This document shows positions 8,495-18,401 of a DNA stretch of 30,718 nucleotides, piece by piece (within the stretch, counting starts at the first letter, position 1; every line of letters starts with the position of its first letter). The notes beneath the pieces were generated by a model. It was not told the origin of the DNA. It did no database searches and saw only the letters and a list, made by a program, of their open reading frames with translations. The position numbers and the translations under genes were made by a program. This DNA is from a virus (lineage: Duplodnaviria; Caudoviricetes), in IMG/VR virus record IMGVR_UViG_3300025671_000322, positions 1 to 30,718 of that record. One strand, given 5' to 3'.

Positions 8495-10171
8495 CTGAAA
8501 ACTTTTGAATGTCGTTGTCGCTATAGAGAATAATTCAACTTCCTCTGTATCGCCATTCTCAAGTTCAATAGTCATGTAAAAACCTCTAACGCCATAACTC
8601 TCTGTCTGAGAATTTTTAGCAGATATAATAAAATCACTAGCAGTAGGATTAGCTCCATACGTAGTGTCTATAGTTATTGTTGTAGATGTAATATCTGTAA
8701 CGTCACCTAAGAAGAATAAAGTGCCTGAACTGTTCTTATATAACTTGTCTCCAACACTAACAGCTGTAGTGTCTATATCAAAAGTAAATGTGAGTACACA
8801 TGAGTTAGCAGTAGGAGTAGCAAAACTGTCTACCTGACCTATACCCTGTGTGGATAAAGCCTTGACCTCTACAGTATTATCTTGTCTCCTTATATATGCA
8901 TACCATATATTTTCTTTCTCAACAAAATATGTATACGGAACATCAGCAAACTGTATATTGGTCTCTATGTCTGCCGACCAGGAGTAATTACTATTTAAAG
9001 AAAGAGCAGCAAACATCTTGTTTTCAGTCGGACTGTCATTAAATATAGTTTTTACTTTTGATGTATATTGTATGCCATAAAAATTATTTCTAGTATTATT
9101 TGTATTATGCCTCCACATACTACCATTACTAAAGCTATACAATACGTTATTCATTTCAACCATCCAGTCTGGTCTATAAGACCAAAATGAAGTCCAACCA
9201 CCACTGTTTACTGAATATGTAATTGTTTTTTCTTCTACATCGCATTCAGATACATTTAATTTTAAAATATATTTATTGTCTATAATATCAAAGTCTCCTA
9301 GAGGACAACCTTGTGTTTCTATAGATCCTGAAATGCTACCAGCAACTTCAAAAAGCCAAATACCATTTGAATAAAATATATATGCTTGTTTACCATCTAT
9401 TAAGTCCTCCCAATACCCATATCCATTTTTAACACCAGTAGACTGTATTTCTATGTTTCTTATAGCACTATCAGCCTTTGTAGCAGTAACATTTATACAG
9501 CTACATGTAGCATTATTTATTGGATAATCTACACAACTTGTTGATGCATTCGTTATTGTGCCTACATAACCACTAAGAGAATGATTCCAAGGAGGAGTAC
9601 CTATATATGGAGGACATCCAGTGCCTCCAGTAACTTCAGCAATAGCATTTGATGAATCTCCAAGCACTGTAGATATATACCATCCACCAAAAATTGGATC
9701 ATAATACAAATAGTAAGTAACCTTATTTATTTCTGAAAATAACTCGTCATCAACAGTTTGTAAGTCCCATTGAAAATAATTCTCGCTATTATATGTTCCT
9801 AATGCATTTGCATTATTAATTATTACCTCTTCAATATACCAGTTTGTTGTTAGTGTATTAAAGTCTACAACGTTCTCCCATTCACCAACACCAATACTTC
9901 CAGAAGGGATGTTTCCAACTAAATCATCAAAAGTAGCTAAGTAGACACCAGTATCACCAGGATTTAATCCCTGTTCTATCTTCCATTGTTGAGCTCCAGA
10001 ATCATACCAGATAGTAGAAGGAGACCCTATAGAATAATAAAATCTAAACCAATCAAAACCAAGATAAGAACCTCTACTTAATAGTTGTACCGTTTTTTGA
10101 GCATCACTCCCTATCTGAAAAGTAACTTCATACTTCCTGACCGTTTGTTGTATTTGAATGCAATCACACAT
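8492..10171 (-). CDS. Tail stabilization/muzzle protein, C-terminal part, with N-terminal Cys-containing repeats (559 aa)
   Basis: From about residue 316, TITYS...GWTSFWSYRPDWM...LYSFSNGSMWRHN...RNNFYG resembles the C-terminal region of crAss-like stabilization proteins. The N-terminal ~310 aa are three related repeats. Confidence 0.65.
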   Translation of the reverse strand: MCDCIQIQQTVRKYEVTFQIGSDAQKTVQLLSRGSYLGFDWFRFYYSIGSPSTIWYDSGAQQWKIEQGLNPGDTGVYLATFDDLVGNIPSGSIGVGEWENVVDFNTLTTNWYIEEVIINNANALGTYNSENYFQWDLQTVDDELFSEINKVTYYLYYDPIFGGWYISTVLGDSSNAIAEVTGGTGCPPYIGTPPWNHSLSGYVGTITNASTSCVDYPINNATCSCINVTATKADSAIRNIEIQSTGVKNGYGYWEDLIDGKQAYIFYSNGIWLFEVAGSISGSIETQGCPLGDFDIIDNKYILKLNVSECDVEEKTITYSVNSGGWTSFWSYRPDWMVEMNNVLYSFSNGSMWRHNTNNTRNNFYGIQYTSKVKTIFNDSPTENKMFAALSLNSNYSWSADIETNIQFADVPYTYFVEKENIWYAYIRRQDNTVEVKALSTQGIGQVDSFATPTANSCVLTFTFDIDTTAVSVGDKLYKNSSGTLFFLGDVTDITSTTITIDTTYGANPTASDFIISAKNSQTESYGVRGFYMTIELENGDTEEVELFSIATTTFKSFQ

Positions 10172-10172
10172 A

Positions 10173-13100
10173 TTATCTTTCTTGAGTTAAGGTAAATTGT
10201 TCTTCTAAACCATCACAGTACGTCACTGTTATTATAGCTACTCTATCCATTGCTGTTGAATTTGTCGATACACTTCCATATATCTCTTGATTACCATAAC
10301 CAGAAGTAGTATTTAAGAATACCCATGTATCAGCAGGATCTTTAGATACAGTCCATGATGTGTTAGATGTTATAGTAAAAAATAGTGCTCCTACTGATGA
10401 GCTGGGAAGTTTTATAGATCTAGGTCTTATAGATAAACTACATGGGAATACTGACTGGTCATTAAACGCTAATATATACACATTATCATGTGGATCGTAG
10501 CATCCTAACTTTTGAGTGTTAGGATTGTCACGCATAACATCTCTAAAGTATGACCGCATACCTTTATCAGATATCTCAGTAACAACATCACCGTCCATCT
10601 GCAATACAGCACCTCTTCTAGCATCTGTAAAGAATAGTGACGTTGAGTACTTACCAAAGCTCTCAGGATTATTACTAATACCATACTCCGATGGATGTGC
10701 AGTCTGATTACCCAATACCTCTGGAATTGAAGATACAGTGCCACCACCTACAGCATCAACTAACAAGTTTTTGCCATATAGTACTTTTGTTATCTTGTCC
10801 TGATGTAATACCAATAGATCAGTATCTCTAGCGTACAGCTTTTGTATAGGGCCATACTTTATGTCTAAGTTCTTGAAGTTAGCTTGAGATAGGTTGAACT
10901 CATTTAAGTTGTTAACGGAAGTACTGCCGACATATAGACCGCTATACGCTAACGATGTTTCTTTTGTTTGTTCTTTATAATCTTCTATCGTAGATGTTAC
11001 CCTTTGAGAGTATTTCATCTGTGGATTTAAAAACCCATCTAATATCCTGTTTGACTCAACGCCATTACCAAATGCAAAGGCATTAAAGTCTGAGTTTTGA
11101 GAGGTTATGTGGTTGATCTCTAGGATGCAAGGATTACCGATTGATTGGTCTTGCTCGTAGTCTTGATAGAACACTTTACCTGGTGTAGTTGCGCCAGACA
11201 CAAAAGGCCAGTCTATTTCTATAGTATATTCGTCTAAAACACTTATTATATTGTAGTAACCAGTTGGAGGACCTACTGTCGGTGAACCAGGATTTTCAAC
11301 ATATATTGTTTCACCTACATTAAATGAGTGTTTTTTATCTGTCAATACATTTGGAGTAGTAGGGTTTAATGGTCCTAGATAAGTATAAAATCCTCCTGGT
11401 GTAAAGTCTGCATATTCCCAAGATATTTTGTGCTGACCGTTCTCTATTTCGTATGTATGACTAAGCTCATGATAAATCTCTAGATTAGCATCATCAGGTA
11501 CAGTCTCTGCTGATAGTTTGTTGTTGCTTTCTGTTTGGGTTATTGTTAGCTCTGCTTTTATTTCATTTCTTCCTGACGGATCACCATAGCCCCTTATACA
11601 CATAAATAAATCCTGAGCACCAGAAAATGGTGACGTTGCTTGAGTTATAACATTTGTTGGATCATTAGATCCAGATCCATCAGCATCAGGAGTAGAATAA
11701 TTTGTGCCATGTCTAAAAGTTATTCCCTTAGACGGATCAGTTAAAGAAGTACTTGTTCCAGTGCCGTCATATTGATCCCATTGAATACGCCCTTCATTGT
11801 ACCACCACTCCTCTAAATTAACGTAATATTTTGTTGACGGAGTAAATGTATTTGTTATAGCATCATTAGTAGCAAATTGAGCACCGTCATTTAATATCTT
11901 TATTTCTATTTGTGCTCCTTGATATATTGGACTATTAAAGTTCAGTAAGCAATGTCCTCCATAAACAATCCCACTACCACCTCCAGCTCTACTACTAAAA
12001 GGTATTACATTACTAATTCCATAAGTACCAAGAAAATTTGTTGGATCAAATGGTGTACCTGCAAATAAAGAAGAAAGACCGCTTTGACGTCCTCTAACAT
12101 TGAATACAAATCTATCACCTATATTATACTGTATTGTAGGATTGTTACCATCTGTATCAAAAACAATATTAAAATCAGTTTCAGTGTCACCAGATCCCTC
12201 AAGTATGTTGTAAGTCAAGCCAGATGGAATCGTATCAGTAGTCCATGAAGTTAATGTTATGTCACTTGTCCATCTAAATGTTGTAGCAGTAAGTATTTCA
12301 ACAACTATCCTTCTATCTGTTTTTGAGAAAAAAGGTGAAGTAAAGTTAGACTGTATAGATGGATATGGTAAAGGTAGTGAGTTATCACCTGTTATTGAAT
12401 AATAAACAGGATATTGATTTACATCACTAAATCCACCCCCTAAAGTTCCACCTTGTATTGGATTTGGAGTTTCAGATGTTGTTATACCTGCCGCTGGCCC
12501 TCTACCTGTTGAAGCATTGTATGCAGTATAAGAAAAACCTTCATCAAGAAATGAATCGCCACCTTGTCTTTTTACTTTAAAATATAGTCCTTCTGGTGCT
12601 CCAGCAACAAAGTCATCTCCTTTTACTTCTAACTCTAATACCTTATATTTATTGGTTGAGTATGTAGCAGCCGTATTGCTAGATTTAAATATGATATATT
12701 TGCCTATAGCAACTTTATCTCTGTCAGCTTCATTTATTTTGAAATATCTAAAGTTACCATCTAAAACAAAGTTTAATGGATATATTGTATAGTACTCACC
12801 AGTAGGTTGTTTTATTGCTATTCTAAAATTAGTAGCCCACTCAGGAGCTTCGTTGTTTATAGTTAGCTTAAATGTATTTGCCTGGTCAGAGACAGATGGC
12901 GGCACATATATAGCATTGTTTTCAGATGTCAATACAGTGGTCATTCTACCATACTCATCTGTATATATAATACCTAATTCATAATCTCTGTCTGACCTAA
13001 AGGTCTTTGTACCAATATTTGGTACTGTTATCGGGTATGACACTAAGTCAACAGTCATGTCAATCGATATGTCGTCTCCATTAGCATCTATAATATCTCT

Positions 13101-14129
13101 AAACTGCGTATAGTTTCCATACACTATTCTATTTCCGATAAGCTCTTGTGCCTTAGCTTTTAATGGTACGTTATCAAATAATCTGTTTATCTGAGACACA
13201 TCAATAGCTGTATACACCTTGTTATTTGAGAATGTTATACTCTGTGTGTCATCGTCATTCCATCCTAACTCACTTTTGTTGTATGAGTCTATCAGGTATG
13301 TTGTAGTTCCAAATGTATCGTAAAAAACAACTTGTATTTCTTCAACATATTCATTGCCAGTATTAAACGATATCTCCACCTGATTATAGGTGTTCTCCAT
13401 ACCGATATTGTCACCAGTCTCATAATCGTATCCAAATGTTTTAGCCTGAAAAGCTACAGCTGAAAATGGAGACATAGAGCTATATTGACTATCTACATAC
13501 TTATATCTATATGCAAAATACACAAATTTATCCTCAAGATTTGTTGATGCTTCATCAGCAGTATTTACAGACATCTCTATCTTTGGAGAGTCTAGTGGTG
13601 GTCTTAATATAACATTAGTATCAATATCAATGTTAGGATCATCATTTACCCACGCTCTTGCTCTTGCTATATTGATTCTCTTAGGTGGATTCAGATTGTC
13701 AGTCCAAAATAAATATGGACCTAAATCTCTGGATGCAGGTATGTAGTTTATACCTGTTACAGCATATATCTTATTGAAGTTCAATTGGCCAGTGGTACTC
13801 AGTAATATCTTACTTGTAACACCACTGATCTCATTATACTCAAATATAGCATCAAAGTTATCACTTGTAACAAGCCAATATATTAAATTCTCTGGTTCAT
13901 ACGATACAGCACCTATAGCTCTAGCATTTGAAACTGTTAGCCCTGTTACAGTGGCTATATCTGATATTAAAGAGTTTCCTTTTGAATTTTGAATAGACCC
14001 TATATTAGATCCCTCAGCACTATCTAAAGTTATATTTAATGCATCTAAATACTGACCATTGGGGAGCAGTTTCTCCTCAAGGTCTTTATTCATTTTGCCA
14101 TTAACAAATGTTCTTTTTAGATTAATCAT
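10173..14129 (-). CDS. Tail stabilization/muzzle protein, main part (P22 gp10-like role), with C-terminal BACON-like domain (1318 aa)
   Basis: N-terminal F.NGKMNKDL..KLLPNGQYLDALNI, FWTDNLNPPKRINI, FAYRYKY, YGISNNPESF and FFTDARRGAVL motifs are typical of crAss-like stabilization proteins. Position after the ring proteins fits. Confidence 0.75.
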   Translation of the reverse strand: MINLKRTFVNGKMNKDLEEKLLPNGQYLDALNITLDSAEGSNIGSIQNSKGNSLISDIATVTGLTVSNARAIGAVSYEPENLIYWLVTSDNFDAIFEYNEISGVTSKILLSTTGQLNFNKIYAVTGINYIPASRDLGPYLFWTDNLNPPKRINIARARAWVNDDPNIDIDTNVILRPPLDSPKIEMSVNTADEASTNLEDKFVYFAYRYKYVDSQYSSMSPFSAVAFQAKTFGYDYETGDNIGMENTYNQVEISFNTGNEYVEEIQVVFYDTFGTTTYLIDSYNKSELGWNDDDTQSITFSNNKVYTAIDVSQINRLFDNVPLKAKAQELIGNRIVYGNYTQFRDIIDANGDDISIDMTVDLVSYPITVPNIGTKTFRSDRDYELGIIYTDEYGRMTTVLTSENNAIYVPPSVSDQANTFKLTINNEAPEWATNFRIAIKQPTGEYYTIYPLNFVLDGNFRYFKINEADRDKVAIGKYIIFKSSNTAATYSTNKYKVLELEVKGDDFVAGAPEGLYFKVKRQGGDSFLDEGFSYTAYNASTGRGPAAGITTSETPNPIQGGTLGGGFSDVNQYPVYYSITGDNSLPLPYPSIQSNFTSPFFSKTDRRIVVEILTATTFRWTSDITLTSWTTDTIPSGLTYNILEGSGDTETDFNIVFDTDGNNPTIQYNIGDRFVFNVRGRQSGLSSLFAGTPFDPTNFLGTYGISNVIPFSSRAGGGSGIVYGGHCLLNFNSPIYQGAQIEIKILNDGAQFATNDAITNTFTPSTKYYVNLEEWWYNEGRIQWDQYDGTGTSTSLTDPSKGITFRHGTNYSTPDADGSGSNDPTNVITQATSPFSGAQDLFMCIRGYGDPSGRNEIKAELTITQTESNNKLSAETVPDDANLEIYHELSHTYEIENGQHKISWEYADFTPGGFYTYLGPLNPTTPNVLTDKKHSFNVGETIYVENPGSPTVGPPTGYYNIISVLDEYTIEIDWPFVSGATTPGKVFYQDYEQDQSIGNPCILEINHITSQNSDFNAFAFGNGVESNRILDGFLNPQMKYSQRVTSTIEDYKEQTKETSLAYSGLYVGSTSVNNLNEFNLSQANFKNLDIKYGPIQKLYARDTDLLVLHQDKITKVLYGKNLLVDAVGGGTVSSIPEVLGNQTAHPSEYGISNNPESFGKYSTSLFFTDARRGAVLQMDGDVVTEISDKGMRSYFRDVMRDNPNTQKLGCYDPHDNVYILAFNDQSVFPCSLSIRPRSIKLPSSSVGALFFTITSNTSWTVSKDPADTWVFLNTTSGYGNQEIYGSVSTNSTAMDRVAIITVTYCDGLEEQFTLTQER

Positions 14130-15034
14130 TTTATCTGCTTATCTTTACCTCTTAATGACATCAGCAATCTAGCTGGATGTAAATTACTCATCCTTATTTT
14201 TGCGTTTCTAAGAGTAGCTGTTTTTTCTCTTCGTACTCTATTTACGATGTACTCTTGAACGCCATATTTATTGTTAAGTAATGCCCATTTAATATAAGCG
14301 TAAAGATATTCTTCTGCAAGCTTGTTGATTGTGATAAGAGAGTCATCACCATTCTCCATTCCGTCAGATATATATTCAAACACAATTGTTTTGTTCTCTA
14401 CGCCTGTAGAAAAATCAATTACACCAGCAGCTTTATTTATATGAAACTTTGGGTTTACGTTTGCCTCTTCAGTATTTAAACCAAACCTTTTACCGAAGTT
14501 ATATCCAAAATACCAATCGCCATCCCAATAATAACCATATTGTCCTTGATATGGACCCATTCCAGTATATAACTGTTTGTCTTGCCTTAATATATCAAGT
14601 CTTGATGTGCCAGTGACAATCTCTCCATTAACATCAAATACAATATCAAGATTATTATCTTGCAAGTAAGATGTCGCTGACATTGGAGTTCTATTCTCAA
14701 CAAGTGGAAATAATACCCCATTATTTAACATTGATATACGTACATAGTTAACATAGTCTGGAGGCATAATCATTTTTAAATCATCACCTAATTCAAACTC
14801 TATAACTTTTATATTTCTTAAAGCATCATAATTAAGCTCTTGTACAGCTCTTTTAGCATGGAATAAAACATTGTATCGATCAACATTATTAACAAGCTTA
14901 TCGTTACCTACATACATAAGCATAAAGTTGTTCACTATGTCAGCTAAACTAACATACTGATAAGAACCCCAATTAGAATCTGTAGGTATTATTCCATTAT
15001 TTGTATAGTATTGATAATTAGTTATATATCCCAT
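14126..15034 (-). CDS. Putative tail tubular/ring (head-tail connector) protein (302 aa)
   Basis: MPPDYVNYVRIS and EYISDG...EEYLYAYIKW segments; directly upstream of the stabilization gene, as in crAss-like tail modules. Confidence 0.6.
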   Translation of the reverse strand: MGYITNYQYYTNNGIIPTDSNWGSYQYVSLADIVNNFMLMYVGNDKLVNNVDRYNVLFHAKRAVQELNYDALRNIKVIEFELGDDLKMIMPPDYVNYVRISMLNNGVLFPLVENRTPMSATSYLQDNNLDIVFDVNGEIVTGTSRLDILRQDKQLYTGMGPYQGQYGYYWDGDWYFGYNFGKRFGLNTEEANVNPKFHINKAAGVIDFSTGVENKTIVFEYISDGMENGDDSLITINKLAEEYLYAYIKWALLNNKYGVQEYIVNRVRREKTATLRNAKIRMSNLHPARLLMSLRGKDKQIK

Positions 15035-15037
15035 CTG

Positions 15038-15736
15038 TTATTGTTTTTGCTGAGTATCTTGTATCTCCTGAGTCTTTGCAATTTGAACAATATCTTGCTC
15101 CCTTATAGAAACACCACAATACCCTAGAATCTTTACAACTAACATTGTAAACTCATCTCCAGACACTTCAAAGTCTTGATAGTCAAGAGCTGATGGATTA
15201 AATAATGGATCTGAATCTCCAGGCCCCATAGCTACATATGTCCATTTAGGGTCTGCTGGGAATCTTAAATAAGATGCAGATATATCTGTAGTTATTATAT
15301 TAGGATATACAATAAGTCCAATCTCATCATATGTGTATGATGGATAAGATACTGTAGGAGCTGTAAGATTTGAATTTAATAAGTTTAGTATTTTTTTATG
15401 TGATACTTTTTCAACCTCTACTGTATTAAGATATACAAGCTTATCTAAAAGATACATATTTGCTGGTGTAGTAAAATGATTCCCAGAATATGTTAATGCA
15501 GCTGTAGTATAAAATATATCCATACCTTCAGCTATTCTTTTAGGAACATCCGTATACCCTTCTCCGTATGCTCTACCAATTCTCTTAAGATAGGCGTTTG
15601 AATACTGCTGCATATAGTTCTCAAAGATTTCTCTTTGTGCTTGCTTGGCAAACAAATTGAACTCGAATGGTGTTATGTATCCTCTATTGTCCTTGCTTAA
15701 TATAGATAGAACGGTATTTCTAACTTCATTGATCAT
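15038..15736 (-). CDS. Putative head-tail adaptor/ring protein (232 aa from MINEVRNT)
   Basis: KDNRGYITPFEFNLFAKQAQ and YLRFPADPKW motifs. Start moved from the track's 15778, which lies inside a terminator, to the ATG at 15736 just downstream of a promoter motif. Confidence 0.6.
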   Translation of the reverse strand: MINEVRNTVLSILSKDNRGYITPFEFNLFAKQAQREIFENYMQQYSNAYLKRIGRAYGEGYTDVPKRIAEGMDIFYTTAALTYSGNHFTTPANMYLLDKLVYLNTVEVEKVSHKKILNLLNSNLTAPTVSYPSYTYDEIGLIVYPNIITTDISASYLRFPADPKWTYVAMGPGDSDPLFNPSALDYQDFEVSGDEFTMLVVKILGYCGVSIREQDIVQIAKTQEIQDTQQKQ

Positions 15737-15750
15737 GGAGTGTCTTTTTA

Positions 15751-15758
15751 CAAAGATA
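15751..15758 (-). promoter_or_regulatory. Bacteroidota-type -7 promoter element (TATCTTTG)
   Basis: TAnnTTTG followed by TAA, about 15 nt upstream of ATG 15736. Confidence 0.65.
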
Positions 15759-15761
15759 AAT

Positions 15762-15793
15762 AAAAAAAGGCACTTCAATTAAAAAGTGCCCTT
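15762..15793 (-). terminator. Intrinsic terminator
   Basis: Minus strand GGCACTT-TTTAATTG-AAGTGCC followed by T7, downstream of the 93-aa gene. Confidence 0.75.
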
Positions 15794-15816
15794 CTTTAAA
15801 TACTTAGGTAAATGTA

Positions 15817-16098
15817 TTAAGCGTTAGCTATTCCACTAACTGCTACATTTAAGCTAACTTCAACTGGAGCAACGTCTGTCCAAGGCTTAATTAAAGCAGA
15901 TAACATTGCATCTTGAATAGCTAATAATACACTAAAAGCAGTATCAGCTGCATGAGTTATAGTTGTAACTGTACCATCAGCATAATGAATAGTAGTAGCT
16001 GTAGCTGTAGCTGAAGCTTCATCTACTAATTTTACACCAGAAACAGAAACTAATTGGTCTCCTAAACCTGTAACTGAAATTTTGATAAACTTTTCCAT
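15817..16098 (-). CDS. Small putative structural protein (93 aa), possibly capsid decoration
   Basis: Ala/Thr/Val-rich ORF in the capsid module, bracketed by its own promoter motif and terminator. Confidence 0.55.
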   Translation of the reverse strand: MEKFIKISVTGLGDQLVSVSGVKLVDEASATATATTIHYADGTVTTITHAADTAFSVLLAIQDAMLSALIKPWTDVAPVEVSLNVAVSGIANA

Positions 16099-16129
16099 TG
16101 TTAAAAAATTTAATGGGTTAATAATACCA

Positions 16130-16137
16130 CAAAGATA
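16130..16137 (-). promoter_or_regulatory. Bacteroidota-type -7 promoter element (TATCTTTG)
   Basis: TAnnTTTG immediately after the upstream TAG stop and about 32 nt before ATG 16098. Confidence 0.6.
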
Positions 16138-16902
16138 CTATTTTTCTTCCATCTGTTCTTGAAGATATTTGTATAGCTCAAGACCGTCTTTTGATTGTAG
16201 ATAAGAAGCAAGTACATGAATATGATCTTTTCCAAATGGAACAGTCAATAATCTTTTCTTATTTTCTTTAAAGTTGTAATGAATGTCTTTACCTGCTCTA
16301 AACGTAAAATAACCATCTGATATTGCTCTAGCAGCTATATTGTTTACTTTTAATAAAGGATCTGATGCTGCCTCCATAAAATCAACAGGATATCTTTTAG
16401 CATATAACAACATATCTCTTTTTATCTCAGAAGATTTCATTGTAGATACATCTCTAGATAACACCAATCTAGCAATAGCTTCTAAGGTTGTAACATCAAG
16501 CTCTCTAGCCATCATTAATGCATCTATCTCAAAGTTTATCATATCAACATCTTCTTGAGCATCTTTCTCATTATCAAACTCATAAAACTCACTTCCATTT
16601 CCTGGATGATAGTGCATAAATAATTGTAAACCAGGATTTGTTTTTGGTACTCTTAATACACCATCTTCAAAAACAACTGGCTCTAGTATTACATTTTTAT
16701 CTTGATCCTCTTGAAATGGTGTGTTAGAATTTCTTGCGTAACGCAAAGGATGATTTGTGTTTGTTTCTTCATTGAAATACAACAACCTTCTTCTCGGTGT
16801 ATCTCTAGATGCTAAGAAATAGCTTAGAGGTGATTTTTCTCCTTTTAATAGATAGGTTCTATCTTTTGGTTCTAGCTTCGCTAGTTTTACTTTTGTTTCC
16901 AT
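16138..16902 (-). CDS. Conserved capsid-module protein downstream of the MCP (254 aa; position of crAss-like gene 75)
   Basis: LRYARNSNTPFQEDQ...VFEDGVLRVP...LQLFMHYHP motifs; directly follows the MCP. Confidence 0.55.
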   Translation of the reverse strand: METKVKLAKLEPKDRTYLLKGEKSPLSYFLASRDTPRRRLLYFNEETNTNHPLRYARNSNTPFQEDQDKNVILEPVVFEDGVLRVPKTNPGLQLFMHYHPGNGSEFYEFDNEKDAQEDVDMINFEIDALMMARELDVTTLEAIARLVLSRDVSTMKSSEIKRDMLLYAKRYPVDFMEAASDPLLKVNNIAARAISDGYFTFRAGKDIHYNFKENKKRLLTVPFGKDHIHVLASYLQSKDGLELYKYLQEQMEEK

Positions 16903-16921
16903 TTTATATAATTTAATTTTT

Positions 16922-16953
16922 AAAAAAATAAAGAGGGAGACGAATCTCCCTCT
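16922..16953 (-). terminator. Intrinsic terminator after the major capsid gene
   Basis: Minus strand AGAGGGAGA-TTCG-TCTCCCTCT (perfect 9-bp stem, UUCG loop) followed by TTATTTTTTT. Confidence 0.9.
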
Positions 16954-16965
16954 CGTTATTTGTCA

Positions 16966-18399
16966 TTATCCGTTAAAGATCATGAAGTTGTTTGCACCCA
17001 TTGTACAAAGTGCTCTTTCAGACAAGAAGTTAACTTGCATTGCATCCAAGTCGCTAGTCATTGCACCACCAGCTCCACCTGTCATCCAAGTTTTATATCT
17101 TCTGTTTTCAGTCTCAGAAGCTCGGTAACGAACATGTAAGAATGGTCGTCTAGCGTTCTTACCAAGAATTTGATCGTAAACACTCATTGTACCAGCAGGA
17201 ACAAGGATACCATTAACAGCACCACCAACTAAACCTCCTCGAAGAGTTGCATCATTCAAGTATTTCCAGTCAGTTTTGTAGAACTCATATCCTCTTTTAA
17301 ATCCTGCAAATCCAAGATTTAATGCCATTTGCTCATCGTTATCAAATAAACCATATGAAGTACCACCAGCACCGTAAGAGTTTTGAGCAGCCAACATATC
17401 ATCGATATCGAAAGAGAATTGACGATTCAAGAACAATACGTTCTCAGCGATAGCTCCTTGCTTATCTAATCTTTGTACGATAGTATCAAAATCAGACAAA
17501 GCAGATGGATTACCACCAGACCATACGTTACCTCTATTTTCGATTTCATTGAATAATCCCTTAGTACCAGCCGCAGTTGATCCAGCAGTTGATCCTGGAG
17601 CTGCTGAAGAAGCTGGCGATAAATAACTCAATGCTCCAGATGATCCTTCAGCAGGAACTCCTTCCACCATAGCCATTTCTAAGTAATCTTCAAATCGTAA
17701 ACGAGTCTCATGCTCAGACTTCATATACCAAAGGTATCCTGTAGCACCGTTTTCAGTTGTCACTTCAACCCATCCAACTTGAGCCATTTCAGATCCTGAA
17801 ACTTGATAAGTATCTTTAATGATAATTGGTTTAACATCAAAGATTTCATCCTCAGCCTCTAAAGACCCATCCATTCCATTAGTTCCTTTTGAGAACTCAG
17901 ATCCATAAACAAATGCAGTAACTCCAGTTGTACTTCCACTAAAAGGTGAAGAACCGTAATTTTCATAGTATGCTACTGTAAATGTTGAGCTTGTTACAGC
18001 CACAATTACACCTTTAGCAGACTCTGAAGCAACTTGCTCTGAAGATAAAAATACAGTTTGATTTACTCGGAAGTTACAAGTACCTGAAGCTAAAGTAAAT
18101 ACTTGCTGACCAGCAGCAGGTGTTCCTAAAGAACCAAATGTTAGTGCAGTATACTTTGTATGCAATCTTCCTTGCTCTGCCCATTTGATAAGGTCAGAGT
18201 TACTAGGGATTTCTGCGCCAACCATTCGCAAGAATGATGCGATTGATCGGTTCCCATAACGCTCAAATTCAGCTTCATATGTATCAGGTAAATACTGATT
18301 CAAAAAGTCAAAATTTGTAATATAATTCGTAGGCAATGTTGCCTTGACGGAGCTAGGAGTAATCGATACCCCAGGACTCGCCTGTAATGATCCAGCCAT
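16966..18399 (-). CDS. Major capsid protein (477 aa), crAss-like type
   Basis: Follows the portal and an acidic scaffold-like gene, ends in a TAA TGA double stop and a strong terminator. WAEQGRLH, YGSEF.KGT, E.RLRFEDYLEM and FLSER.LC..GANNF motifs are typical of MCPs of this phage group. Confidence 0.85.
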   Translation of the reverse strand: MAGSLQASPGVSITPSSVKATLPTNYITNFDFLNQYLPDTYEAEFERYGNRSIASFLRMVGAEIPSNSDLIKWAEQGRLHTKYTALTFGSLGTPAAGQQVFTLASGTCNFRVNQTVFLSSEQVASESAKGVIVAVTSSTFTVAYYENYGSSPFSGSTTGVTAFVYGSEFSKGTNGMDGSLEAEDEIFDVKPIIIKDTYQVSGSEMAQVGWVEVTTENGATGYLWYMKSEHETRLRFEDYLEMAMVEGVPAEGSSGALSYLSPASSAAPGSTAGSTAAGTKGLFNEIENRGNVWSGGNPSALSDFDTIVQRLDKQGAIAENVLFLNRQFSFDIDDMLAAQNSYGAGGTSYGLFDNDEQMALNLGFAGFKRGYEFYKTDWKYLNDATLRGGLVGGAVNGILVPAGTMSVYDQILGKNARRPFLHVRYRASETENRRYKTWMTGGAGGAMTSDLDAMQVNFLSERALCTMGANNFMIFNG

Positions 18400-18401
18400 T
18401 T

